Below, in pieces: positions 15,994-37,243 of a stretch of DNA of 64,000 nt. The position numbers and the translations under genes are program-made. Every line of letters starts with the position of its first letter. The first letter of the stretch is position 1. Source of the stretch: the human T2T-CHM13v2.0 reference genome, Homo sapiens; NCBI RefSeq assembly GCF_009914755.1, contig NC_060932.1. One strand, given 5' to 3'. The notes under the pieces were generated by a model. It was not told the DNA's origin. It made no database searches and saw only the letters and a program-made list of their open reading frames with translations.

Positions 15994-18721
15994 AAAAATC
16001 ACATAATCATTTCAATAGATGCAGAAAAAGCATTCAACAAAATCCAGCATTACTTTATTATTAAAACTCTCAGCAATGTCGGCAAACAAGGGACATATCT
16101 TAATGTAATAAAAGCCATGTATGACAAACCCACAGCCAACACAATACTGAATGGGAAAAAGTTGAAAACATTCCTTCTGAGAACTGGAACAAGAGAAGGA
16201 TGCCCACTCCCACCACTCCTCTTCAACATAGTACTGGAAATCCTTATCAGAGCAATCAAGAGAAAGAAATAAAGGGCATCCAAATTGGTAAAGAGGAAGT
16301 CAAACTGCCACTGTTTGCTAACAAGATGATTGTTTACCTTGAAAACCCTAAGGATTCCTCCAGAAAGCTCCTAGAACTGATATAAGAATTCATAAGTTTC
16401 TGGGTACAAGATTAATGTGCACAAATCAGTAGCTCTTCTATACACCAACAATGACTAAGTGAAGAATAAAATCGAGAACTCAACACCTTTTACAATAGCT
16501 GCAAAAAAAGAAAAAATACTTAAGAATATACCTAACCAAGAAGTTGAAAGACCTCTACAAGGAAAACTACCAAACACTGCTGAAAGAAATAATAGGTGAC
16601 ATGAACAAATGGAAACAAATCCCATGCTCATGGATGGGTAGAACTGATATTGTGAAAATGACCATATTGCCAAAAACAATCTACAAATCAATGCACTTCC
16701 CATCAAAATACCACCATCATTCTTCAGAGAATTAGAAAAAACAATTCTAAAATTGATGTGGAACCAAAAAAGTGCCCACATAGCCAAAGCAAGATTAAGC
16801 AAAAAGAAGAAATCTGAGGCATCACACTACCTGATTTCAAACTATACTATAAGGCCATAGTCACCAAAACAGCATGGGATTGGTATAAAAATAGGCACAT
16901 AGACCCATGGAACAGAATAGAGAACACAGAAATAAACCCAAGTACTTACAGCCAACTGAACTTCAACAAAGCAAACGAAAACATAAAGTAGGGAAAGGAA
17001 CCCTCTTCAACAAATGGTGTTGGGATAATTGGCAAGCCACATGTAGGAGAATTAAACTGGATCCTCATCTCTCACCTTATACACAAATCAACTCAAAATG
17101 GATTAAAGACATAAACCTAAGACTTGAAACTATAAAAATTCTAGATGATAACATCAGGAAAACCCTTCTAGTCATTGGCTTAAACAAGGATTTCATGACC
17201 AAGAACCCAAAAGCAAATGCAGTAAAAACAAAGATAAATAGCTCGGACCTAATTAAACTAAAGAGCATTTGCACAGCAAAAGGAACAGTCAGCAGAGTAA
17301 ACAGACAACCCACAGAGTGGGAGAAAATCTTCACAATCTATGCATCTGACAAAGGACTAATATCCAGAATCTACAACAAACTCAAATACAACAGTAAGAA
17401 AAAAAACCATCCCATCAAAAAGTGGTCTAAGGACATGAATAGACAATTCCCAAAAGAAGATATACAAATGTCCAACAAACATATGAAAAGATGCTCAACA
17501 TCACTAATGATAAAGGAAATGCAAATCAAAACTTCAATGCGATACCACCTCACTCCTGCAAGAGTAGCCATAATCAAAAAATCAATAAAACAGTAGATGG
17601 TGGTGTGGCTGCAGGGAACACTTTTATACTGCTGGTGGGAGTGTAAACTAGTATAGCTGCTATGGAAAACAGTGTGGATATTCCTTTAAGAACTAAATGT
17701 AGAACTACCATTTGATCCAGAAATACTGCTACTGGGTATCTACTCAGAAGAAAATAAGTTATTATTCGAAAAAGATATTTGCACACGCATGTTTGTAGCA
17801 GCATGATTCACAATTGCAAAATCATGGAACCAATCCAAATGCCCATCAATCAATGAGTGGATAAAGTAGCTGTGATGATGGAATACTGCACAGTAGTATA
17901 TGATGGAATACTACACAGCCATTAAAAGGAATGAGTTAACAGCATTTGTAGTGACCTGGATGAGATTGAAGACTATTATTCTAAGTGAGGTAACTCAGGA
18001 TGGAAAACCAAACATCATATGTTCTCACCGATATGTCGGAACTAAGCTATGAGGACACAAAGGCATAAGAATGACACAATGGACTTTGGGGATGTGGGGG
18101 AAGAGTGGGAGGGGGGTGAGGGATAGAAGACTATAAATATGGTGCAGTGTATACTGCCTGGGTCATGGGTGCCCCAAAATCTCACAAATCACCACTAAAG
18201 AACTTAATCATATAACCAAATACCACCTGTACCCAAATAATTTACGGAAAATAAAATAAAAGTCAATGTACCCCAGGATATGGGGGAACAGAAAAAAATG
18301 TACTCAATAACTATATCTGAAATAAATAAATGACCTAACCTCAAAAATAAATAAAATGATAGGAAAAAATAAAATAATCGTAAAAATTTGTTTTGTTTTT
18401 CCCAGACTCTTATCTACATCTAAATAGAAGATATTATTTTGCAACTCAATGTTTAGATCTTTCTAACAGATTCGTCTTAGATTTCATAAAAACATAAGCC
18501 CTCTCGAACATAAAATAATTGTTGTTTTAACATTTGATTAAATATGTACTTACAATGCAAACGAAAATTGTATAAACAGAATTTGGAACAAACACAACTA
18601 TTGTGAAGAACACAATTGAACTGGCATTAATTGACGTACATGAGGATATTAAAGTGTAGGACACTAGCTACAGGTATTTAATGGGACATAGGCATGGGTC
18701 ATGCTTTGTAGAGTCAGGTTA

Positions 18722-19620
<899 letters not shown>

Positions 19621-19789
19621 CCAAGAGGATGGGTGTGTCACTTGCAATTTTTACCAAAAAAATCATGTTTCATCCATCTGGGAGTCAGACATTTCATAAT
19701 CTTTAAAATATTCCTGCAGCTCTCAGAATTAGTTAATAGGACTGTCTCCATTTGAGCTTGGATATGCTTTGTCTTTTTTGTGTGATTCT

Positions 19790-20625
19790 ATTTCTTCTTT
19801 CATGTTGATATATAATGTACATATTTATGGGGTACATGTGATATTTTGACACATGCATACAATGTGTCATGATCAAATCAGTGTATTTAAAATATCCATA
19901 ATCTCAAACATTTGTTATTTCTTTGTGTTAGAAACATTTCAAATCTTCTCTTCCAGCTATTTTGAAATATACAGTATATTGTTGTTAACTATAGTCACCT
20001 TACTGTGATTTGGAACACTAGAATTTGTTCCTTTTATGTAACTATAATTTTGTACCCATTAACCAGTCTCTCTTCACCCTCTCCCCTGACCCTTCCTAGC
20101 CTCTCATATTGATAATTCTACTCTGTACCTCCATGAGATCCACCTTTTTAGCTCCCACAAATGGGTGAGAACATGCAATATATGTCTTTATGTGCCTGTC
20201 TTATTTCATTTAATATACCGACCTCTAATTTTATCCATGTTGCTGCATATGACAGCATTTAGTTATTTTTTATACCTCAATCGTATTCTATTATGTATGC
20301 ATGCCACATTTTCTTTATCCATTCATTTCTTGATGGACATTTACATAGATTCCATAACTTGGCTATTGTGAATAGTGCTACCTTAAGCACTAGGGTGTAG
20401 GTATCCCTTTGAAATGCTGATTTTCGTTCTTTTGGGTAAGTAGTCAGTAATAGGATTGCTGGATCATGTGATAGTTCTAATTTCAGTTTTGAGGAACCTC
20501 CATACATTTTTAAATAATGGCTTTATTTATATTCCTACCAACAATGTATAAGACTTCCCCTTTTTCTGCATTCTCATCAGCATTTGTTAATTGTCTTTTT
20601 GTAATAGCCATTAAAACTAGGATAA
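19790..20625 (-). mobile_element. L1MA (MA3-5-like) 3' end
   Basis: tgtacatatttatggggtacatgtgatattttgacacatgcatacaatgtg 3'UTR, plus an ORF2 C-terminal relic at 20277-20507 (LELSHDPAIL...ALFTIAK). Confidence 0.88.
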
Positions 20626-21145
20626 TATAATCGGTTTCTTCTTATTACCAAATCATCTCTGCTTCTCCATGCCACTGTATCCCCAGTTATACCTGTCATT
20701 TCTTGCATTTCTTGGTACCTAATATTTTAGCTGTCTTTTATTCGGGTCAACATTTAAATTACAGATTTTCCTCCAAATTTCTCAGAGGCAGTAATGTTTC
20801 TAGTGCTATTGCTTTGTGTATTTCTATTTATAACTGCCTTCATATGATTTCGGGAAATATAATTCCCTGTGGGAATTTTCTAGAATTCCTAAATTGACTC
20901 CTGCTCAAGACTTACGATAAGAAAAGTTTTTGTAGACTTCCATAAACAAAACTCATATCTGTATATCTGTAGCTGTGTGTCTGTATCTATATCTTTATCA
21001 CTTATACCTATGAATAACTATATCTACATATAAATCTGTATTTATGTCTATATATAATCAATCATCTCCTGGATAGAGTGATACCTGTAAGTGATTTCCA
21101 TTTTTCAAAAGCAAGTCATACTTCTGTTATCCTCTTTCTTCTAAA

Positions 21146-23460
<2,315 letters not shown>

Positions 23461-26400
23461 AATCTCTAATTTAGGCATTTTTCCTCTGAAAGGTGCAAAT
23501 TGTAATTTTCGCAATAAAACATATATTCCCCTCCCCCCAAAAATAAAACTACTATATCGATATTTTGACATAATCTATTTTTAACAAAATGATTCCTTGT
23601 TGCAAGGTTGCAATGCTTTCATTTTAACCTTTTGTAACAATTGTGTGTGAGTTACATATGCACACATTCTCTATTCTCTTGGGGCAATTGCTGCATGATT
23701 AGTTTGATCTCTGAATATTGCCACTCTTGAATTTGTGTCAGTGGCATTTCTATACATTTTGGGTCCCAAACACATGTTAATTCAAGGCTTCCCAAGCTAT
23801 GAATTAATGACAAAAATGAGCTGATCTTCAGATCCTGTGAAATATAGTGGGGTTTGACATTGCTTTTATAAAGAGAGAAAACTAAGACTCTGCTAGAGAC
23901 AATCTATCTTTTCTGACTACAGCATTCTTATTTCCTATTTTAACTTTTTTGCACTTCCATATGCAAGTAAGAGCCATATGAGTAATTAATTTTCCATAAT
24001 ATCATATATTGATTTTTTAGCTTTAATGAAAATAGTATTTCGAGGTGTTTTTTTAAAAAACAAATCTAGCACTTTAGAAGACTCAGAAATTTCAGCTAGG
24101 AATATTCCATAAAAATTTTTTTCTAAAAACAAGAGAAATATTGGGTCAGTACAGGGCAGCCATGTCAAAGACCTGCATTTCTCTTTTGGTCTTAGATTGC
24201 CAAACTTCACAGGAGTTTTTAGGAAGATAGAGCTATGAGATTTGTATTTGCTCCCAGAAAAGTTGGGCATTTACATGCAGTTAGTATTCAACGATATATT
24301 GTTCTGCCTAAATTTCGCAAACGACATACTCTAAGTGTTTTGAATTATTTTCATTATGTAATTTTGGCTGCTTTGTGAGGGTAGTACCATTTTCTGATGT
24401 TACTTAATATTAATCCACTCTTCACTCAGAAAGATGGGCAAGGATTTTTACTAAAATACCATATACCCAACTTCTGCTTTAGAAAGGATAAAGTGATATT
24501 GAACTTGAAAAGGTTTGATGCTTTTTGCACATACTACGTTAATATTTATTTATCCATTTGTGTTTGTTGGACAAACGTTGTTTTAGAAAGAATTGCAGGG
24601 ACTTATTTGGAGAAAATATTTGTCATAGAATGTAAAATGTAAATCAAATTGGAGTTACTATCCAAGAAGAAATGACATGTGTCTGAATAATGCAATGAGA
24701 GTTAGTCAAGTATTTTACACAGAACAATTTTATGTGCTTAAGCAGTTACACTCAAGAAGTACTGTGGTCTCATATTTATTCATGCCATTTCTCAAATATT
24801 TAAGACAGTTTCAAAGAGAAGAACTATAATGTATGTAACTTGAACAAATTCTTCAATAGTGAAGGAACTATCAATAGTTTTTAATGCATGGAACCATAGA
24901 ATATCATTTAGCAAACTGTCTCAACCACTCATTCTGTGTCCTGCATAACAAGGGAAGTCTTTGAGAAGAAAGTGATGTTTTTTTCTTCTTCTCAGGAAGA
25001 TCTGATACATTACACTGTGTTCTTATGTTCCCTTTACTAGATAGAAAAGAAAAAGAAATATGCAGCCTTTTACAATTACTTGTTCTTAAATAGAAAGATA
25101 TAGAAAATAAGATTAAATGCTTATATGCATTTAATTTTTTAACATTTTACCTACTCTTTTTACATAAATGACAGTAAGGAAAACATGTCAGCAACAAAAA
25201 TAATTTTTATAATAGTATACCAAGGCAAAAAATTGTGTTTACCCCCATTTTGTACCTTGCATTTTCTAGTCTAAACTGTTTTTACCTTGTGTGTTCATCT
25301 TAGAAGACTGATCACAGCAGCCTCTTCTGGAATATTGGAGAGATCCCTCCAGAGTACCAAAGCACATGTAATAATAGCATGAATGCTTTACAGTGCATAA
25401 GTTACTTGATTTGATTACATTTTCAAGAAGTAGATGATGCCAATGCTTTTTTTTTCTAATTCAGTATAATATGGGAGCTAAAACTGACAAAGATAATATA
25501 AAAAAAGATTATTTATGGATCTAAAATGTGAATATCAATATAAAAATCCTAAAAATTCTATTTGGAAACATAATCTAGCAGCACTTTAAAGAATGGCACA
25601 CCCAAAACAAAGTTCATTTATTCTAGGAATTCAATAAAGCATCTCATTTTTTAAAAAAAAAGATATTACCATTTTTCACTTAAATATAAGTCAGGGGAGG
25701 AAAATCATATCCTTATCTTTATGGCAGCTAAAAAGGATTTGAGGACAGTTTCATCTATTTTTTGACACACATTCTTAATAAAATAAGAATAGATGAAAAC
25801 TTTCATGATATGATAAAGTGATCTAAAAAAAGAAGTCAGCTACATTCTTACAGTAAACACCAGAACCATTGCCATGAAAGTGATGAGCTTGCTAACATTT
25901 TTAACTAAAATAGTAAATATGAAATAGTTAAAGGGGGAGGCAGTATTATTATTTTTTCTCATGATATTATCAGATTTGATTATCTATGGAAAGTCAATGA
26001 CAAAATTTTTAAGAAATATAAAATTAAGTGAGGTAAAATCTTGCAAGATGAATATGTACACATTTATTTTATAATAGCTCTTTGTCAATTTTAAAGGAAG
26101 AAGAGGTTACATATATGATAGCACCCCAAATACTAAATATCTAGAAAAAAGTTACCAAGTAATATAAAGGTGCTGTATGAAACAAACAAGCAAAAAACCC
26201 TCAAATGATGTAAAATAAGACAGTTCAGACAGAACTTGTTCTTGGATAGGAAAATGCTTTGCTGCAAAGATGTCTTTTATCACTAAATTCATTAGCCCAA
26301 CGTAAACTTTAAAAAATAGTAGTAGGATTTTTTGGTTGTTATATTGATTCTAATGTCTACACGGAAAATTTAACAAGCAAAAGTACTTAGAAAATACTTT

Positions 26401-26654
26401 CAAAATACTGAGAGATTGGAACATAAATATTTTAGTGGACAGATTAATTGAAGAACTAAGTCAGAAAGAAAAAAATGAGAATTTGGCATACAATAAAAAT
26501 ATTATTTAAAGAGAGTAGGGAAAATAGTGTAACAAATATTTTGTTTTAGACAAATAGTGAATAGAGGTGAATATATTCCAGCTGGATCACAAAGCTCTAT
26601 ACAAGCTGTGATAACACTGCTATAAAAAATTGACAGATTTATTTTCTTACCTCT

Positions 26655-27060
26655 GGTATCTCTGTTTGTTTGTGTTGCTAAAAAGGAATACTTGAAGCTA
26701 GGTAATTTATTTTAAAAATAGAGATTTTTTTTTTTGGCTCATGGTTCTGCAGGCCATACAAGAAGCATGGTGCAGGCATCTACTTGGCTTCTGGTGAGGA
26801 CCTCAGGTTGTTTCCACTCATGACTGAAGGCAAAAGGGAACCAGAGATCACATGGTGAGAGACAAAGCAAAAGAATAGGAAGGTGCCAGGCTCATGTGGA
26901 AACTAGCAGAGTGAGAACTCACGCCTTACCCCGAAGGATGGCATTAATCTATTCATGAGGGGTCAGCCCTCATGACCCAAAAACTTCCCATTAAGCTCAA
27001 CCTTCAACATTGGAGGTCAAATTTCAACATGAGTTTTGGAGGGGTAAAATATCCATAGCA
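26655..27060 (-). mobile_element. MSTB-type MaLR solo LTR
   Basis: ttggctcatggttctgcagg...caagaagcatggtg...ggcttctggtgaggacctcagg. The element ends in ccatagca (TGCTATGG start on the - strand). Confidence 0.9.
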
Positions 27061-27345
27061 GCTGGGAATGTAGGTTGGTTAATGGTTTCAAAATATAGTT
27101 AGATTGAAGGAATATCTCAGCGTTTGATAGCACAGTAGGGTGATAATAGTTTATAATTTATTGTATATTTTAAAGTAGGTAGCAGAGAAGATTTGGAATG
27201 TTCCAATCACAAAAAAGAATAAATGTTTGAGGTGATGGATTTCCTAATTACCTTGATTTGATCATTACACAATTTATGCATGTATCATAATATCACATGA
27301 TGTGCCCCATGAATATATACAATTATTGTGTATTAATAAAAAATT
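27061..27345 (+). mobile_element. L1MA 3'UTR fragment
   Basis: tttgatagcacagtagggtg...ataaatgtttgaggtgatgga...ttgatttgatcattacaca...aataaaaaa. Confidence 0.85.
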
Positions 27346-27400
27346 TAAAAATCATAAAATAGGTAAAAAACATAAATTGAAATATTCATCTCAGAGTAAT

Positions 27401-27434
27401 ATACTTGATCTTAGCCAAAAGGCTGAGAAGTGAT
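27401..27434 (-). pseudogene. 3'-truncated U2 snRNA retrocopy (about nt 1-34)
   Basis: The reverse complement atcacttctcagccttttggctaagatcaagtat compares with the U2 5' end ATCGCTTCTCGGCCTTTTGGCTAAGATCAAGTGT (3 mismatches). TSD-like flanks tcatctcagagtaata (27386-27401) and tcatctaagaataata (27435-27450). Confidence 0.92.
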
Positions 27435-28269
27435 TCATCTAAGAATAATAAAAAATTAGTATTCTACATGGCAAAAGGTTTAATAAATAAAGCATAACAT
27501 ACAAACAGCAAGCTGTAATATTGTTGCATACATAAAAAAGAAATTGTTTTGTCATATACAAATGACTCTTACCAACGAATAGTAAAATCTCAAGGAGGTG
27601 AAGAGAAATACAATTAGAATGAAAAGATAGTTTCTAAAAGGAACAAAAATTCCTGTCTAAGTCAATTTAACTTATAATTTTGAAAATATTTAGTTTCCAT
27701 TTTTTGCTTATCACACTGGCAAATTTTTGAAATTTTATTAATGTATGAAATTTTCCTAGAAGTTAGAAAACAAGAATCTTATGTAATTTAGGTAGGTGTG
27801 TCAATTGATGCAACATGTTTCAGGACTGATTTAACCAAACCTATGAAAAGTAAAAATCTGAATACTAAAACAGTGTGTGTCTAAAAGTTTATACTACCAA
27901 TATAAACACACTTGTTTGTTCAGAGGTTCAAAGATAGATGTACAATAATTTCTATTACACTTTTTTTTTGCAATAGGAAACAAGTGGCCATCAAGGCACA
28001 GGTTAAATAACTTATGAAACATTCACACAGTGGGAGATTGTAGTCAATGAAAAAGAATGAGGAAGATCATAAGCAGACATATAAGGATTTCCAATACATA
28101 CTGAAAAATCAAAAAGTGCCAGAATGTGTGTAGAGATTGATTTTAGTTGTGTATCGTTATCTAGTGTATATCTATTTACAACTCCTATTTATATACAAGT
28201 ATTAATCGATATGAATTTATTATTATATAAATATTCATTATATAATGGAATGCATTTTAGAATGTGACT

Positions 28270-28422
28270 TAAGAAGTCACAAGTACTCAAGTTTGAAGTC
28301 TAGTTGTATTATGTCCTATTTGTGAGGCCTTAGATGAATTACATAAACTTCTCTAGGTCTCATTTTTCTTCTTTGTAAAATGGGGATAATAATGATACTT
28401 ATCTCAGAGGGTTGTTATAAGA
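28270..28422 (+). mobile_element. MIR
   Basis: Core aacttctctaggtctcatttttcttctttgtaaaatggggataataat...ctcagagggttgtt. Confidence 0.85.
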
Positions 28423-28444
28423 AATTTTTTTGTGGGGGTGAACT

Positions 28445-29940
28445 GTCTGACTAGAAAATATCAGTTCTATTTATCTTCTCAAAGAAATAGCCTTGGTTTC
28501 ATTAATTTTCTCCATTGATTTTTCTCTTTCGTTGATTTCTCCTTTTTTATTATTTAAATTCTTCTGTTTGTTTGGGGTTTAATTCACTCTTATAGTAGCT
28601 TAAGGAAGTAGCTCAAGTTGTTGATTTGAGACTTTTTTTTTATTTTCTAAGCTAGCCATTTAATGCTGTTCTAAGTACTGCTTTTGATGTATACACACAT
28701 TTTAATATATTATCTTTTTGTTTTCATCTCACTCAAAATGCCTTCCAGTTTTCCTGTAGATTTCTCCTTGGCCCATGGTTTACTTGAAAATATCAATTTT
28801 CAAGTAAATTTTTAAATTTTATTGTTATTTGAAAATATTTAGTTACCATTTTTCTATATGTTATTATTAATTGTGTAATTATTTTGTATTTTTATACATT
28901 TTTTCATTTAGTGGCTTTGAACTTAATTCCATTTTGGCCAAAGATCATGTTTTGTATTATTTGAATTGCCTTAAGTTTATTTAGACTTGTGTTATGGCTC
29001 AGAATAGGGTCTGTGTCGATAAGTGTTCCATTACACTTTTAAAAATGTGTATTCTGGTATATTGGATGAGGTATTAGTTTTTATCAAATATTGGGTGGAA
29101 AAATTTTGGAAATTACATCTTCAAATGCCTACTTCCTCTTTTCTGAGTACACTCTAAATACATAAGATTAGGCTCACTGAATTTGTCCCATGTTTCACTG
29201 TTTCTCTGTTCTAATATGTATGTGTATATACTTGATTTTTTTTCTTCTCTGTGTCTTATTTTAGGTGAATTTCTATTGGTGTGTCTTCAAGTTCACCAAT
29301 ATTTTCTTCTGCAGTGTCTAATCTACTGTACATCAGAACCATTATATTTTTTATATCAGACATTTTAGTTTCCATCTCTAGAAATTTAATTTGACTCATT
29401 TTATATTATGTTTTTACTTAAAATGCTATTTTTTTCACTAACTTCATAAACATTATGGGATATGTGTTTGATAATGATTTTTATGTAATTGTCTTCTGAT
29501 TCTAATATCTCTCTTATTTCTGGTTTTCTTTCAGTTAATTAATTTTTCTCTTTATTATAGATTATATACCCATGCTTCTTTGCATGCTTTGTAATTTTGC
29601 ATTGGATTCCAAGCATTTAAATTTTACTTTGTTGGGTGCTGGATTAAATATGTATAAGTTTTCTTGAGCTTTGTTCTGAGACACTGTTAAGTACTCAGCA
29701 ACAATTTTATATGTTCTTGTCTTGCTTTTAATCTTTCTCAGGCAGGATCAGAACAGTGTTTAGTTTAGGTCTAATTTTCCCCACTGCTGAGGAAAAACTG
29801 TTCTGCATACTCTGTCCAATACACCATACGTTTTGAAGGAGCCCCTGCGTGCACATCAGAGGTTGTTCCCTCTAATAATGCTGGATGATTATTCTCAGTT
29901 TTGGGTGCTTTCCTCACATGCAAGGATGCTCACCCAGTAC
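28445..29940 (-). mobile_element. Old L1M fragments (ORF2 5' part and ORF1/5' region)
   Basis: Antisense L1 motifs atcttctcaaagaaatagcc...ttggtttcatt, aatgtgtattctg and tcttcaagttcaccaatattttcttctgcagtgtctaatct. Confidence 0.65.
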
Positions 29941-32900
29941 AGCTTCCCAGAAACGCTGGAGGCAGTCAGTAAAGGAATTAGATAGAATTAAAGAGAATGA
30001 TACTGAAATAAAACCTGGAAGACTCTCAGAGGAAGGAAGGAGATGGGGAGGGGGGGCATTGGATAATTGCAATAAATATAGAAATTGACACAATTTCAAA
30101 ATATATATTGTATCAGGCTGACCAGGCAGACCCTCAGTCAGATTTCAGAGACAGGAAGGATAGTCATGGTAAGTGATATGAATCACACCTTAGCATACTC
30201 TTTCTTTGGAAGTAGCATCTTAACACTATCTTTCATGGAAGACTGATAGCCAAACTTGTAAGAGTTTTAGGAGAGCTAAGGCTCATCAGAGAAAAGAATG
30301 AGCATAATGAAATAAACTTGGAGCAAGAAATTTTTAAGCAACAAAAAGAAGAGTAAATAAAATCATGGGTTCATTAAAATGAGATCAACATAATGGTGTG
30401 TGTTTAATGCAATACTAGTATAAATCAAGGAAGGAGAGGATATTAGGAGAGAAGTGGCCCCTCAATGCTGAGAGCACATGAAGGATATTGATTGATAATG
30501 TAGCACTTGATTTCACATTTAGAATAACACTAGTTACCTTCAACAGAGAAGTTTCAGGAGGATAGTATTACAGGAGGAAGCAAGGAAGGGGGTAATAATT
30601 CAATGCTTGATGTGGAAGTAGAACTGGCTAAAATGGACAATAAAACTGGGGCCCAATAAAAGGCAATGAGCCTCATATTCCCATAGGTATTTTTACATTG
30701 TTCTAAATGCCTTGCCTATAGCAGTAATAAAACCAACAGGTAATGAATACAATTCTCTTCTCCTTTGACAATACTTGCAGAAATTTTACCTCACGTAAAT
30801 GGAGTTTAGATGAGTACTCATAGAATAACCTATATGAACTTTATTTGAAGAATAAAAAATGAGGAAGCAAAAAAGTAATTTTACCTCATTGGAAAATTTC
30901 TACTATACAAAAAAGTTACAGGATAAAAGAACAAAACTATTACTAGAATTGTGTAGCAACAGGGGAAATATACTTTCTTTCAGTAACTAAATGTGTTGTT
31001 ACAGAAAAGTAACATGTTTTTACCTCAATTTAAGTTTTTCCTCTTTAACATATATTGATTGAAAAATAATAATGCTCTATAAGAATAAAATTAACAGTGA
31101 AAGTAGTAGGGTTTGAATTAACCATTCAAAAAAGCGTTTCTATATAGCTCATAAATGTTCATTTTATGCTTAGATAAGTGATAAAGGTAATGTGTATGAG
31201 CCTACATAATTTATTTGATACCCTTGCATTGGATTTTGTCCTAAGTTCTTGATGTTTTAACAACAAAATTTTATCTTTTCCCGTCTCTTTTTGAGAATGG
31301 CACTATTTTAAAATGATCTGAATTTCAAAAAGTATGTCCCCTAGCTTGGAAACTTCTCAGAATAATGAATTCCAAAATCAAGTACAGACTTCACACCATC
31401 TGAACAAAAATATATTGAGTGTCTGCTGTTTGCATTGCATGACATTGTGATAGATGTTCTTTTAACTCCAAAAGAGAAAAAATTAAAAACTGACTTGAAA
31501 CAAATACCTTTTAACTCTCTTATACTAGCTTAACTTTTTATTGTTTGCCTTATCAAGTTCATTATATTTCAGGCTTTGTTAAGGACATAACTAATTGTGT
31601 TTTGTGCATGATAGGAGTTGCATCCTAATCACTTAATTACATTAAGTGATTTACTTTTGTTTCTACAGTTTAGTTAAAACAAGTAATAAGATACAGTTTT
31701 TAAGCTTGAAAAATAACTTAGATTTTCAATACCTTTATAAAAATTGGCTGAAAACATTACTGAGACTATCTTCAATGGTTTCTGCAAACACATTATATGT
31801 GATGATAATTCTGGAGTTTCTGACAGAGGCAAATTATTTTGCCACGAGTTAAAATTATGTGCCACCTCCCTTAGTTCAATCATTGATTAACAGGATTTCA
31901 TGTAATTTAATGGTCTTATTTTTCAAAAGAAAGTGTGTGTATGTGCACGTGTGTGTGTGGGGGGGCGGCTCAGGGTACATTTAGATGAAGAAGTCACAAA
32001 AAATACAGTAACTCAAAGGTTACACCTTAAAACCTATGTGTTTATTTATTTTTTACTGTGATAAAAAACATGAGACCTATCCTAACAAATTTTATGTGCA
32101 CATTACAGCATTATCAACTGCAATCACAATGTTGCTCAGCATATCTCTCTAATATTTTCACCTTGCATAACTGAAATTTTATATTCATTGCACAGCAATT
32201 TCCCATTTCACCTTCCCTGCAGCCCCTGGCAAACAACATTCTATTTTCTGCTATCAATATGGCTATTTTAGACACCTCATATTAGTGGAATCATGCAGTA
32301 TTTGTCCTCCTGTGACTGGCTTATTTCACTTAGAATAATATTCTCAAACTGCATCCATGTTGCAGAATATGAGAGTAATTCCTTCTTATTTATAGATGAA
32401 TTACCACATTTTATTTACCCATTCTTTTGTCAATATCACTTAGTTTCCACCACCTGGCCATTGTGAATAATGCTACAACAGGACATAGTAGTTTTTTGAG
32501 ATCCTGATTTCAATTCTTTTGAATAAATATCCAGAAGTAAGAATGCTGAATCACATGATAGTTCTATTTTTAATTTTTTGAAGAATCTTCATACTGTTTT
32601 CCATAATAGCTGCAACATTTCGCATTATCACCAACAGTATGCACGAGTTTCAATTTCAACATGTCCTTACCAATTTGTAGTTTTCTGGTTTGTGTTTGTT
32701 TGCTTGTTTGTTTGATTGTGGCCATCCCAACACCTGTAAGGCAATATCTCTTTGTGATTTTGATTTGTGTTTGTGTAATAATTAGTGATACTGAACATCT
32801 TTTCTTATACCTGTTCTACATTTGGATGTCTTTGGAGAAATATCTATTCAAATCTCTTGCCCATTTTTTAAAGGGTTTTTTGATTTTTGCTACTGAGTTA

Positions 32901-33359
32901 TAGATGTTCCTTATATATTTTGAATATTAACCATTTATCAGGTATATAGTCTGCAAATATTTTCTCTCATTCCATAGGCTGCCTTTTTCTCTATTGATTA
33001 TTTCCTTTGCTGCACAAAAACTTTTTAATTTGATATAATCTCATTTGTCTATTTTTGCTTTTTTGTGCCTGTGCTTTTGGTGTCGTATCCAAGAAATCAT
33101 TGCCAAGACCAATGTCATCAGGCTTTTTTCTTTTTCTTTTTCTTTTTTTTTTTTTTTATACTTTAAGTTTTAGGGTACATGTGCACATTGTGCAGGTTAG
33201 TTACATATGTATACATGTGCCATGCTGGTGTGCTGCACCCACCACCTCGTCATCTAGCCTTAGGTATATCTCCCAATGCTATGCCTCCCCGCTCCCCCCA
33301 CCCCACCACAGTCCCCAGAGTGTGATATTCCCCTTCATGTGTCCATGTGATCTCATTGT

Positions 33360-37180
<3,821 letters not shown>

Positions 37181-37243
37181 TATGATGTTAGCTGGTGATT
37201 TTGCTCGTTAGTTGATGCAGTTTCTTCCTAGTCTCGATGGTCT

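Larger units (their letters stand above)
25450..28130 (+). mobile_element. Highly decayed L1ME-type ORF2/3' region hosting MST, L1MA and U2 insertions
   Basis: A-rich sequence with collinear L1 ORF2 motifs (ggaaaatcatat, aataaaataagaatagatgaaaacttt, tgttcttggataggaaaa, gaaaaagaatgaggaagatc). Confidence 0.6.

Noticed and set aside
31646-31852. Acceptor-like ttttgtttctacag at ~31668 with a short ORF
   Set aside because: No convincing downstream donor and no recognisable peptide.
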